This document shows positions 26,101 through 38,100 of a stretch of DNA of 64,000 bases, in pieces (the first letter of the stretch is position 1; each line of letters begins with the position of its first letter). Made by a program: the position numbers and the translations under genes. The stretch covers positions 16,988,001 through 17,052,000 of the forward strand of contig OX597837.1 of NCBI GenBank assembly GCA_951406725.2. Direction: 5' to 3'. This DNA is from Octopus vulgaris. Taxonomy: Eukaryota. The notes under the pieces are model-generated. The model had not been told where the DNA came from, did no database searches, and worked only from the letters and a program-made list of their open reading frames with translations.

Positions 26101-29100
26101 TTTACTCTTGTCGTTGGATCTTCTACCTTGTACTGTTGTACTTGGTTCATCAGCTTTTACTGCTCTTAATGGTTCTTTAGCTGTTACTCTTATTGATAGT
26201 TTTTGAGGTTTTACTGTTATTGGTTTTTCAGATTTTACTGTTGTCGTTGCTTCTTCAGCTTTTACTATTGTTGATTCTTCAGACTTTTCAGTTGTTACTT
26301 CTTCAGCTTTTACTGTTGATGATGGTTTTTCAGCTTTTATTGTTGTTATTGGTTCTTTAGCTTTTACTGTTGTTGTTGGTTCTTCAGCTTTTACTGTTGT
26401 TGTTTGTTCTTCAGCTTTTAATTTTTTTTGGTTCTTCAGATTTTACTGTTGATATTGGTTTTTCAGATTTTACTGTTGTTGTTTGTTCTCAGCTTTTACT
26501 GTTGTCGTTGCTTCTTCAGCTTTTACTATTGTTGATTCTTTAGACTTTTCAGTCGTTTTTACTGCTTCAGCTTTTACTGTTGATGGTTTTTCAGCTTTTA
26601 CTGTTGTTATTGGTTCTTTAGCTTTTACTGTTGTTATTGGTTATTCAGATTTTACTCTTGTCGTTGGATCTTCTACCTTGTACTGTTGTACTTGGTTCAT
26701 CAGCTTTTACTGCTCTTGATGGTTCTTTAGGTGTTACTTTAGGTGTTTTTCAGGTTTTACTGTTGTTATTGGTTTTTCAGATTTTACTGTTGTTGTTGGT
26801 TCTTCAGCTTTTACTGTTGTCGTTGCTTCTTTAGCTTTTACTATTGTTGATTCTTCAGACTTTTCAGTCGTTGTTACTTCTTCAGCTTTTACTGTTGTTA
26901 TTGGTTCTTTAGCTTTTACTGTTGTTGTTGGTTCTTTAGCTTTTAATGTTTTTTTGGTTCCTCAGATTTTACTGTTGTTGTTTGTTATTTAACTTTTACT
27001 GTTGTTGATGGTTCTTCAGCTTTTACTGTTGTTGTTAGTTCTTCAGCTTTTACTGTTGTTGATGGTTCTTCAAGTTTTACTGTTGTTGAAGATTCTTCAG
27101 GTTCTACTGTTGTTGGTTATTCAGCTTTAACTGTTGTTGATGGTTCTTCAGGTTTTACTGTTGTTATTGGTTCTTCAGGTTTTACTGTTGTTGTTGGTTC
27201 TTCAGGTTTTACTGTTGTTATTGGTTCTTCAGCTTTTACTGTTGTTATTGGTTCTTCAGCTTTTACTGTTGTTGTTGGTTGTTCAGCTTTTACTGTTGTT
27301 GTTGGTTCTTCAGCTTTTACTGTTGTTGTTGGTTCTTCATCTTTTACTGTTGTTGGTTATTCAGATTTTTCTCTTGTTTTTAGTTGTCAGCTTTTACTCT
27401 TGTTGTTGGTTCTTCAGCTTATAATGATTTTGATGGTTCTTCGGCTTTTACTGTTGTTGTTGCTTCTTCAGCTTTTTCTGTTATTGATAGTTTTTCAGCT
27501 TTTACGGTTGTTGATGGTTCTTCAGGTTTTACTGTTGTTATTGGTTTTTCAGAATTTACTGTTCTTGTTTCTTCCAAAAGCCGAAGTACCCACAACAGTA
27601 AAAGCTGAAGAACCAACAACAACAGTCAAAGCTGAAGAACTAACAACAACAGTAAAATCTGAAGAACCAAGAACAACAGTTGGTTATTCAGCTTTTACTG
27701 TTGTTGTTGGTTATTCAGCTTTTACTGTTGTTATTGGTTATTAAAAGCTGAAAACAAACAACATCAGTAAAAGCTGAAGAACCAACGACAACAGTAAAAG
27801 CTGAATAACCAACAACAACAGTAAAAGCTGATGAACCAACAACAACACTAAAAGCTGAAGAACCAACAACAACAGTAAAATCTGAAGAACCAATAAAACA
27901 GTAAAAGCTGAAGAACCAACAAGAACAGTAAAACCTGAAGAACCATCAACAGTAAAATCTAAAGAACCAACAACAACAGTATTAGCTGAAAACCAAACGA
28001 CAACAGTAAAAGCTGAAGAACCAACAAAAATAGTAAAAGCTGAAGAATTAACAACAATAGTAAAATAAAGTACTAACGACAAAAGTAAAAGCTGAAGAAC
28101 CAACAGTAAAATCTGATGTACCAACGGAAGCAGTAACAGCAGAATAACTGTTGTTGGTTCTTCGGCTTTTACTGTTGTTAGGGCTTCTGCTTTTACTGTG
28201 GTTGCTGGTTCTTCAGATTTTACTGTTGTTATTGGTTATTCAGCTTTTATTGTTGTTGTTGGTTATTCAGCTTTTACTGTTGTTATTGGTTATTCAGATT
28301 TTACTGTTGTTGTTGGTTATTCAGCTTTTACTGTTGTTGTTGGTTATTCAGCTTTTACTGTTGTTGTTGGTTATTCAGCTTTTACTGTTGTTATTGGTTA
28401 TTCAGATTTTACTGTTGTTGTTGGTTATTCAGCTTTTACTGTTGTTGGTTATTCAGCTTTCACTGTTGTTGGTTATTCAGCTTTTACTGTTGTTATTGGT
28501 TCTTTAGCTTTTACTGTTGTTGTTGGTTATTCAGCTTTTATTGTTGTTGGTTTTTCAGCTTTTACTGTTGTTGTTGGTTATTCAGCTTTTACTGTTGTTA
28601 TTGGTTATTCAGATTTTACAGCTGTCGTTGGTACTTCAGCTTTTACTGTTGTTAGTTCTTCAGGTTTTACTGTTGTTATTAGTTGTTCTGCTTTTACTGT
28701 TGTCGTTGGTTCTTCAGCATTTACTGTTGTTGGTACTTCAAATTTTGCTCTTGTTGTATGTGCTTTAGCTTTTACTGTTATTGTTGTTACTCTTATTGAT
28801 AGTTTTTCAGGTTTTACTGTTATTGGTTTTTCAGATTTTACTGTTGTCGTTGCTTCTTCAGCTTTTAATGTTGTTGTTAGTTCTTCAACTTTTACTGTTG
28901 TTGAAGTTTCTTCAGGTTTTACTGTTTTTGTTGGTTTTCAGCTGTTACTCTTGTCGTTGGCTCTTCTACCTTGTACTGTTGTACTTGGTTTATCAGCTTT
29001 TACTGCTCTTGATGGTTCTTTTTTGTTGTTGTTGATTCTTCATTTACTTTTGTTGTTGGTTCTTCAGCTTTTACTCTTGCTGTTGGTTCTTCAGCTTTTA

Positions 29101-32100
29101 CTGTTGAAGAGCCAACAACAACAGTAAAAGCTGAAGAACCAGCAACAACATTAAAAGATGAATAACAAACAACAACAGTAAAATCTGGAGAAAGTACTAA
29201 CGACAAAAGTAAAAGCTGAAGAACCAACAGTAAAATCTGAAGTACCAACGACAGAATAACTGTTGTTTGTTCTTCGGCTTTTACTGTTGTTAGTTCTGCT
29301 TTTACTGTGGTTGCTGTTTCTTCAGATTTTACTGTTGTTGATGTTTCTTCAGGTTTTACTGTTGTTGTGGGTTATTCAGCTTTTACTGTTGTTGGTTCTT
29401 CAGGTTTTACTGTTGTTATTAGTTGTTCTGCTTTTACAGTTGTCGTTGGTTCTTTAGCATTTACTGTTGTTAGTACTTAAAATTTTGCTCTTGTTGTATG
29501 TGCTTCAGCTTTTACTGTTATTGTTGTTTCTTCAGTTTTTACTCTTGTCGTTGGATCTTCTACCTTGTACTGTTGTACTTGGTTCATCAGCTTTTACTGC
29601 TCTTAATGGTTCTTTAGCTGTTACTCTTATTGATAGTTTTTGAGGTTTTACTGTTATTGGTTTTTCAGATTTTACTGTTGTCGTTGCTTCTTCAGCTTTT
29701 ACTATTGTTGATTCTTCAGTCTTTTCAGTCGTTGTTACTTCTTCAGCTTTTACTGTTGATGATGGTTTTTCAGCTTTTACTGTTGTTATTGGTTCTTTAG
29801 CTTTTACTGTTGTTGTTAGTTCTTCAGCTTTTACTGTTGTTGTTAGTTCTTCAGCTTTTAATGTTTTTTTGGTTCCTCAGATTTTACTGTTGATATTGGT
29901 TTTTCAGATTTTACTGTTGTTGTTTGTTCTCAGCTTTTACTGTTGTCGTTGCTTCTTCAGCTTTTACTATTGTTGATTCTTTAGACTTTTCAGTCGTTTT
30001 TACTGCTTCAGCTTTTACTGTTGATGGTTTTTCAGCTTTTACTGTTGTTATTGGTTCTTTAGCTTTTACTGTTGTTATTGGTTATTCAGATTTTACTCTT
30101 GTCGTTGGATCTTCTACCTTGTACTGTTGTACTTGGTTCATCAGCTTTTACTGCTCTTGATGGTTCTTTAGGTGTTACTTTAGGTGTTTTTCAGGTTTTA
30201 CTGTTGTTATTGGTTTTTCAGATTTTACTGTTGTTGTTGGTTCTTCAGCTTTTACTGTTGTCGTTGCTTCTTTAGCTTTTACTATTGTTGATTCTTCAGA
30301 CTTTTCAGTCGTTGTTACTTCTTCAGCTTTTACTGTTGTTGTTGGTTCTTCAGCTTTTAATGTTTTTTTGGTTCTTCAGATTTTACTGTTGTTGTTTGTT
30401 ATTTAGCTTTTACTGTTGTTGACGGTTCTTCAGCTTTTACTGTTGTTGTTAGTTCTTCAGCTTTTACTGTTGTTGATGGTTCTTCAAGTTTTACTGTTGT
30501 TGAAGATTCTTCAGGTTCTACTGTTGTTGTTGGTTATTCAGCTTTAACTGTTGTTGATGGTTCTTCAGGTTTTACTGTTGTTATTGGTTCTTCAGATTTC
30601 ACAGTTGTTGTTGGTTATTCAGCTTTCACTGTTGTTATTGGTTATTAAAAGCTGAAAAACAAACAACAGTAAAAGCTGAAGCCAATAACAACAGTGAAAG
30701 CTGTGGAACCAACAACAGTAAAAGCTGAAGAAGCAAGAACAACAGTAAAAGCTGAATAACCGGCAACATTAAAAGCTGAATAACAAACAACATTAAAATC
30801 TGAAGAACCATCAACAACAGTAAAAGCTGAAGAACCAACAACAGTAAAAGCTGAAGAACCAACAGAAGTAAGAGCTGAAGAACCAACAACAGTAAAAGCT
30901 GAATAACCAACAACAACAGTAAAAGCTGCATAACCAACAACAAAAGTAAAACCTGAACAAGCATCAACAAAGTAAAAGCTGAAGATCCAACAACAACAGT
31001 AAAATCAGAAGAACCAATAAAACAGTAAAAGCTGAAGAACCAACAACAACAGTAAAAGCTGAAGAACCAACAACAACAGTAAATGCTGAAAAACAAACAA
31101 CAACAGTATAAGCTGAAGAACCAACAACAACAGTAAAAGCTGAAGAACCAACAACAACAGTAAAAGCTGAAGAACCAACAACAGTAACACCTAAAGAGCT
31201 GTAAAATCTGATGAACCAAGTACAACAGTACAAGGTAGAAGAGCCAACGACAAGAGTAAAAACTGAAGAAACAACAATAACAGTAAAAGCTGAAGCACAA
31301 ACAACAACAGTAAAAAACAAAAGAAACAACAACAGCAAAAGCTGAAGAACCAACAACGAGAGTAAAAGCTGAGGAAACATCAACAACAGTAAAAGCTGAA
31401 GAACCAACAACAACAGTAAAATCTGAAGAACCAATGAAACAGTAAAAGCTGAAGTACCAACAACAACAGTAAAAGCTGAAAAACAAGCAACAGTAAAAGC
31501 TGAAGAGCCAACAACAACAGTAAAAGCTGAAGAACCAACAACAACAGTAAAAGCTGAAAAACAAACAACAGTAAAAGCTGAAGAGCCAACAACAGTAAAA
31601 GCTGAAGAACCAGCAACAACATTAAAAGATGAATAACCAACAACATCAGTAAAATCTGAAGAACCATCAACAACAGTAAAAGCTGAATAACCAACAACAA
31701 CAGTAAAAGCTGAATAACCAACAACAACAGTAAAAGCTGAAGAACCAACAACAACAGTAAAAGCTTTTACTGCTTTTACTGTTGTCGTTGGTTCTTCAGC
31801 ATTTACTGTTGTTAGTACTTCAAATTTTGCTCTTGTTGTATGTGCTTCAGCTTTTACTGTTATTGTTGTTTCTTCAGTTTTTACTCTTGTCGTTGGATCT
31901 TCTACCTTGAACTGTTGTACTTGGTTCATCAGCTTTTACTGCTCTTGATGGTTCTTTAGGTGTTACTCTTATTGATAGTTTTTGAGGTAAATGTTATTGG
32001 TTTTTCAGATTTTACTGTTGTCGTTGCTTCTTCAGCTTTTACTATTGTTGATTCTTCAGTCTTTTCAGTCGTTGTTACTTCTTCAGCTTTTACTGTTGAT

Positions 32101-35100
32101 GGTTTTTCAGTTTTACTGTTGTTATTGGTTCTTTAGCTTTTACTGTTGTTGTTGATTCTTCAGCTTTTAATGTTGTTGTTAGTTCTTCAGCTTTTACTGT
32201 TGTTGATGGTTCTTCAGGTTTTACTGTTATTGTTGGTTCTTCAGCGTTTACTGTTGTCGTTGGTTCTTCAGCTTTTACTATTGTTGATTCTTCAGACTTT
32301 TAAGTTGTTGTTACTTCTTCAGCTTTTACTGTTGATGATGGTTTTTCAGCTTTTACTGTTGTTGTTGGTTCTTCAGCTTTTACTGTTGTTGTTTGTTCTT
32401 CAGCTTTTAATGTTTTATTGGTTCTTCAGATTTTACTGTTGTTGTTTGTTATTTAGCTTTTACTGTTGTTAATGGTTCTTCAGATTTTACAGTTGTTGGT
32501 TATTCAGCTTTCACTGATGTTATTGGTTATTAAAAGCTGAAAACAAACAACAACAGTAAAAGCTGAAGAACCAACAACAACAGCAAATGCTAAAGAACGA
32601 AAGAAGTAAAAGCCGAAGAACCAACAACAGTAAAAGCTGAAGAACCAACGACAACAGTAAAAGCAGAACAACCAATAACAACAGTAAAAGCTGAAGAACC
32701 AACAACAACAGTAAAATCTGAAGAACCAATAAAACAGTAAAAGCTGAAGAACCAACAACAACAGTAAAACCTGAAGAACCATCAACAGTAAAATCTAAAG
32801 AACCAACAACAACAGTAAAAGCTGAAAACCAAACGACAACAGTAAAAGCTGAAGAACCAACAAAAACAGTAAAAGCTGAAGAACCAACAACAACAGTAAA
32901 ATGAAGTACCAACAACAAAAGTAAAAGCTGAAGAACCAACTACAGTAAAATCTGAAGTACCAACGATAGCAGTAAAAGCAGAATAACTGTTGTTGGTTCT
33001 TCGGCGTTTACTGTTGTTAGTTCTTCTGCTATTACTATGGTTGCTGGTTCTTCAGATTTTACTGTTGTTCTTGGTTATTCAGCTTTTACTTTTGTTGTTG
33101 GTTATTTAGCTTTTACTGTTGTTATTTGTTATTCAGCTTTTACCGTTGTCGTTGGTTCTTCAGCTTTTACTGTTGTTATTGGTTATTCTGCTTTTACTGT
33201 TGTTGTTGGTTATTCAGCTTTTACTGTTGTTGTTGGTTATTCAGCTTTTACTGTTGTTATTGGTTATTCAGCTTTTACAGTTGTCGTTGGTTCTTCAGCT
33301 TTTACTGTTGTTGTTGGTTATTCATCTTTTACTGTTGTTATTGGTTATTCAGCTTTTACTTTTGTTGTTGGTTATTAAAAGCTGAAAACAAACAACAACA
33401 GTAAAAGCTGAAGAACCAACGACAACAGTAAAAGCTTTTACTGCTTTTACTGTTGTTATTGGTTATTCAGCTTTTACAGTTGTCGTTGGTTCTTCAGCTT
33501 TTACTGTTGTTGTTGGTTATTCAGCTTTTACTGTTGTTCTTGGTTATTCAGCTTTTACTTTTGTTGTTGGTTATTCATCTTTTACTGTTGTTATTGGTTA
33601 TTCAGCTTTTACAGTTGTCGTTGGTTCTTCAGCTTTTACTGTTGTTGTTGGTTATTCAGCTTTTACTGTTGTTCTTGGTTATTCAGCTTTTACTTTTGTT
33701 GTTGGTTATTCATCTTTTACTGTTGTTATTGGTTATTCAGCTTTTACAGTTGTCGTTGGTTCTTCAGCTTTTACTGTTGTTGTTGGTTATTCAGCTTTTA
33801 CTGTTGTTCTTGGTTATTCAGCTTTTACTTTTGTTGTTGGTTATTCATCTTTTACTGTTGTTATTGGTTATTCAGCTTTTACTTTTGTTGTTGGTTATTC
33901 ATCTTTTACTGTTGTTATTGGTTATTCAGCTTTTACAGTTGTCGTTGGTTCTTCAGCTTTTACTGTTGTTCTTGGTTATTCAGCTTTTACTTTTGTTGTT
34001 GGTTATTCAGCTTTTACTGTTGTTATTGGTTATTCAGATTTTACAGCTGTCGTTGGTACTTCAGCTTTTACTGTTGTTAGTTCTTCAGGTTTTACTGTTG
34101 TTATTAGTTGTTCTGCTTTTACTGTTGTCGTTGGTTCTTCAGCATTTACTGTTGTTAGTACTTCAAATTTTGCTCTTGTTGTATGTGCTTCAGCTTTTAC
34201 TGTTATTGTTGTTTCTTCAGTTTTTACTCTTGTCGTTGGATCTTCTACCTTGAACTGTTGTACTTGGTTCATCAGCTTTTACTGCTCTTGATGGTTCTTT
34301 AGGTGTTACTCTTATTGATAGTTTTTGAGGTTTTACTGTTATTGGTTTTTCAGATTTTACTGTTGTCGTTGCTTCTTCAGCTTTTACTATTGTTGATTCT
34401 TCAGTCTTTTCAGTCGTTGTTACTTCTTCAGCTTTTACTGTTGATGGTTTTTCAGTTTTACTGTTGTTATTGGTTCTTTAGCTTTTACTGTTGTTGTTGA
34501 TTCTTCAGCTTTTAATGTTGTTGTTAGTTCTTCAGCTTTTACTGTTGTTGATGTTTCTTCAGGTTTTACTGTTATTGTTGGTTCTTTAGCTTTTACTGTT
34601 GTCGTTGGTTCTTCAGCTTTTACTATTGTTGATTCTTCAGACTTTTCAGTTGTTACTTCTTCAGCTTTTACTGTTGATGATGGTTTTTCAGCTTTTACTG
34701 TTGTTGTTAATTCTTCAGCTTTGAATGTTTTATTGGTTCTTCAGATTTTACTGTTGTTTCTTGTTATTTAGCTTTTACTGTTGTTATTGGTTCTTCAGAT
34801 TTTACAGTTGTTGGTTATTCAGCTTTCACTGATGTTATTGGTTATTAAAAGCTGAAAACAAACAACAACAGTAAAAGCTGAAGAACCAACAACAACAGCA
34901 AATGCTAAAGAACGAAAGAAGTAAAAGCCGAAGAACCAACAACAGTAAAAGCTGAAGAACCAACGACAACAGTAAAAGCAGAACAACCAATAACAACAGT
35001 AAAAGCTGAAGAACCAACAACAACAGTAAAAGCTGAAGAACCAACAACAACAGTAAAATCTGAAGAACCAATAAAACAGTAAAAGCTGAAGAACCAACCA

Positions 35101-38100
35101 CAACAGTAAAACCTGAAGAACCATCAACAGTAAAATCTAAAGAACCAACAACAACAGTAATAGCTGAAAACCAAACGACAACAGTAAAAGCTGAAAACCA
35201 ACAAAAATAGTAAAAGCTGAAGAACCAACAACAACAGTAAAATGAAGTACCAACGACAAAAGTAAAAGCTGAAGAACGAACTACAGTAAAATCTGAAGTA
35301 CCAACGATAGCAGTAAAAGCAGAATAACTGTTGTTGGTTCTTCGGCGTTTACTGTTGTTAGTTCTTCTGCTATTACTATGGTTGCTGGTTCTTCAGATTT
35401 TACTGTTGTTCTTGGTTATTCAGCTTTTACTTTTGTTGTTGGTTATTCATCTTTTACTGTTGTTATTGGTTATTCAGCTTTTACAGTTGTCGTTGGTTCT
35501 TCAGCTTTTACTGTTGTTATTGGTTATTCTGCTTTTACTGTTGTCGTTGGTAGTTTAGATTTTACTGTTATTGGTTCTTCAGCTTTTACTGTTGTAATAA
35601 CAACATCTTTTACTGTTGTTCTGCTTGTACTGTTGTCGTTGTTTCTTCAGCTTTTACTGTTGTTGGTACTTCAGATTTTGCTGTTGTTTCTTTTTCTTTT
35701 TTACTCTTGTTGTATGCGCTTTAGCTTTTACTGTTGTTGTTTCTTCAGTTTTTACTCTTGTTGGATCTTCTACCTTGTACTGTTGTACTTGGTTCATCAG
35801 CTTTTACTGCTCTTGATGGTTCTTTAGGTGTTACTCTTATTGATAGTTTTTCAGGTTACTCTTTAGGTGTTACTCTTATTGATTGGTTTTTCAGATTTTA
35901 CTGTTGTCGTTGCTTCTTCAGCTTTTACTATTGTTGATTCTTCAGACTTTTCAGTTGTTACTTCTTCAGCTTTTACTGTTGATGATGGTTTTTCAGCTTT
36001 TACTGTTGTTGTTGGTTCTTCAGCTTTTACTGTTGTTGTTTGTTCTTCAGCTTTTAATTTTTTTTGGTTCTTCAGCTTTTACTGTTGTTATTGGTTTTTC
36101 AGATTTTACTGTTGTTGTTTGTTCTCAGCTTTTACTGTTGTCGTTGCTTCTTCAGCTTTTACTATTGTTGATTCTTTAGACTTTTCAGTCGTTTTTACTG
36201 CTTCAGCTTTTACTGTTGATGATGGTTTTTCAGCTTTTACTGTTGTTATTGGTTCTTTAGCTTTTACTGTTGTTGTTGGTTTTTCAGCTTTTACTGTTGT
36301 TGTTGGTTATTCAGCTTTTACTGTTGTTATTGGTTATTCAGACTTTACTTCTTGTCGTTGGATCTTCTACCTTGTACTGTTGTACTTGGTTCATCAGCTT
36401 TTACTGCTCTTGATGGTTCTTTAGGTGTTACTCTTATTGATAGTTTTTCAGGTTTTAGTTTTTCAGATTTTACTGTTGTCGTTGCTTCTTCAGCTTTTAA
36501 TGTTGTTGTTAGTTCTTCAACTTTTACTGTTGTTGATGGTTCTTCAAGTTTTACTGTTGTTGAAGTTTCTTCAGGTTTTACTGTTTTTGTTGGTTTTCAG
36601 CTGTTACTCTTGTCGTTGGCTCTTCTACCTTGTACTGTTGTACTTGGTTTATCAGCTTTTACTGCTCTTGATGGTTCTTTTTTGTTGTTGTTGATTCTTC
36701 ATCTTTTACTTTTGTTGTTGGTTCTTCAGCTTTTACTCTTGTTGTTGGTTCTTCAGCTTTTACTGTTGTTGTTGGTTATTCAGATTTTTCTCTTGTTTTT
36801 TTACTTGTCAGCTTTTATTTTGTTGTTGGTTCTTCAGCTGTTAATGTTTTTGATGGTTCTTCAGCTTTTACTGTTATTGTTGGTTCTTCAGCTTTTTACT
36901 GTTGTCGTTGGTTCTTCAGCTTTTACTATTGTTGATTCTTCAGACTTTTCAGTTGTTGTTACTTCTTCAACTTTTACTGTTGATGATGGTTTGTCAGCTT
37001 TTACTATTGTTGTTTGTTCTTCAGCTTTTACTGTTGTTGTTAATTCTTCAGCTTTTACTGTTGTTATTGGTTATTCAGATTTTACTCTTGTCGTTGGATC
37101 TTCTACCTTGTACTGTTGTATTTGGTTCATCAGCTTTTTCTGCTCTTGATGGTTCTTTAGGTGTTACTCTTATTGATAGTTTTTCAGGTTTTACTGTTGT
37201 TATTGGTTTTTCAGATTTTACTGTTGTTGTTATTCTTCAGCTTTTACTGTTGTCGTTGCTTCTTTAGTTTTTACTATTGTTGATTCTTTAGACTTTTCAG
37301 TCGTTGTTACTTCTTCAGCTTTTACTGTTGTTATTGGTTCTTTAGCTTTTACTGTTGTTGTTGGTTCTTTAGCTTTTAATTTTTTTTGGTTCTTCAGATT
37401 TTACTCTTGTTGTTTGTTATTTAGCTTTTACTGTTGTTGACGGTTCTTCAGCTTTTACTGTTGTTGTTAGTTCTTCAGCTTTTACTGTTGTTGATGGTTC
37501 TTCAAGTTTTACTGTTGTTGAAGATTCTTCAGGTTTTACTGTTGTTGTTGGTTATTCAGCTTTAACTGTTGTTGATGGTTCTTCAGGTTTTACTGTTGTT
37601 ATTGGTTCTTCAGATTTCACAGTTGTTGTTGGTTATTCAGCTTTCACTGTTGTTATTGGTTATTAAAAGCTGAAAAACAAACAACAGTAAAAGCTGAAGA
37701 GCCAATAACAACAGTGAAAGCTGTGGAACCAACAACAGTAAAAGCTGAAGAACCAGCAACAACAGTAAAAGCAGAAGAACCAGCTACAACAGCAAAAGCC
37801 AATAACAACAGTGAAAGCTGTGGAACCAACAACAGTAAAAGCTGAAGAAGCAAGAACAGTAAAAGCTGAATAACCGGCAACATTAAAAGCTGAATAACAA
37901 ACAACAGTAAAATCTGAAGAACCATCAACAACATTAAAAGCTGAAGAACCAACAACAGTAAAAGCTGAATAACCAACAACAACAGTAAAAGCTGAATAAC
38001 CAACAACAAAAGTAAAACCTGAACAAGCATCAACAAAGTAAAAGCTGAAGATCCAACAACAAAAGTAAAAGCTGAAGAACCATCAACAGCATTAAAAGCC

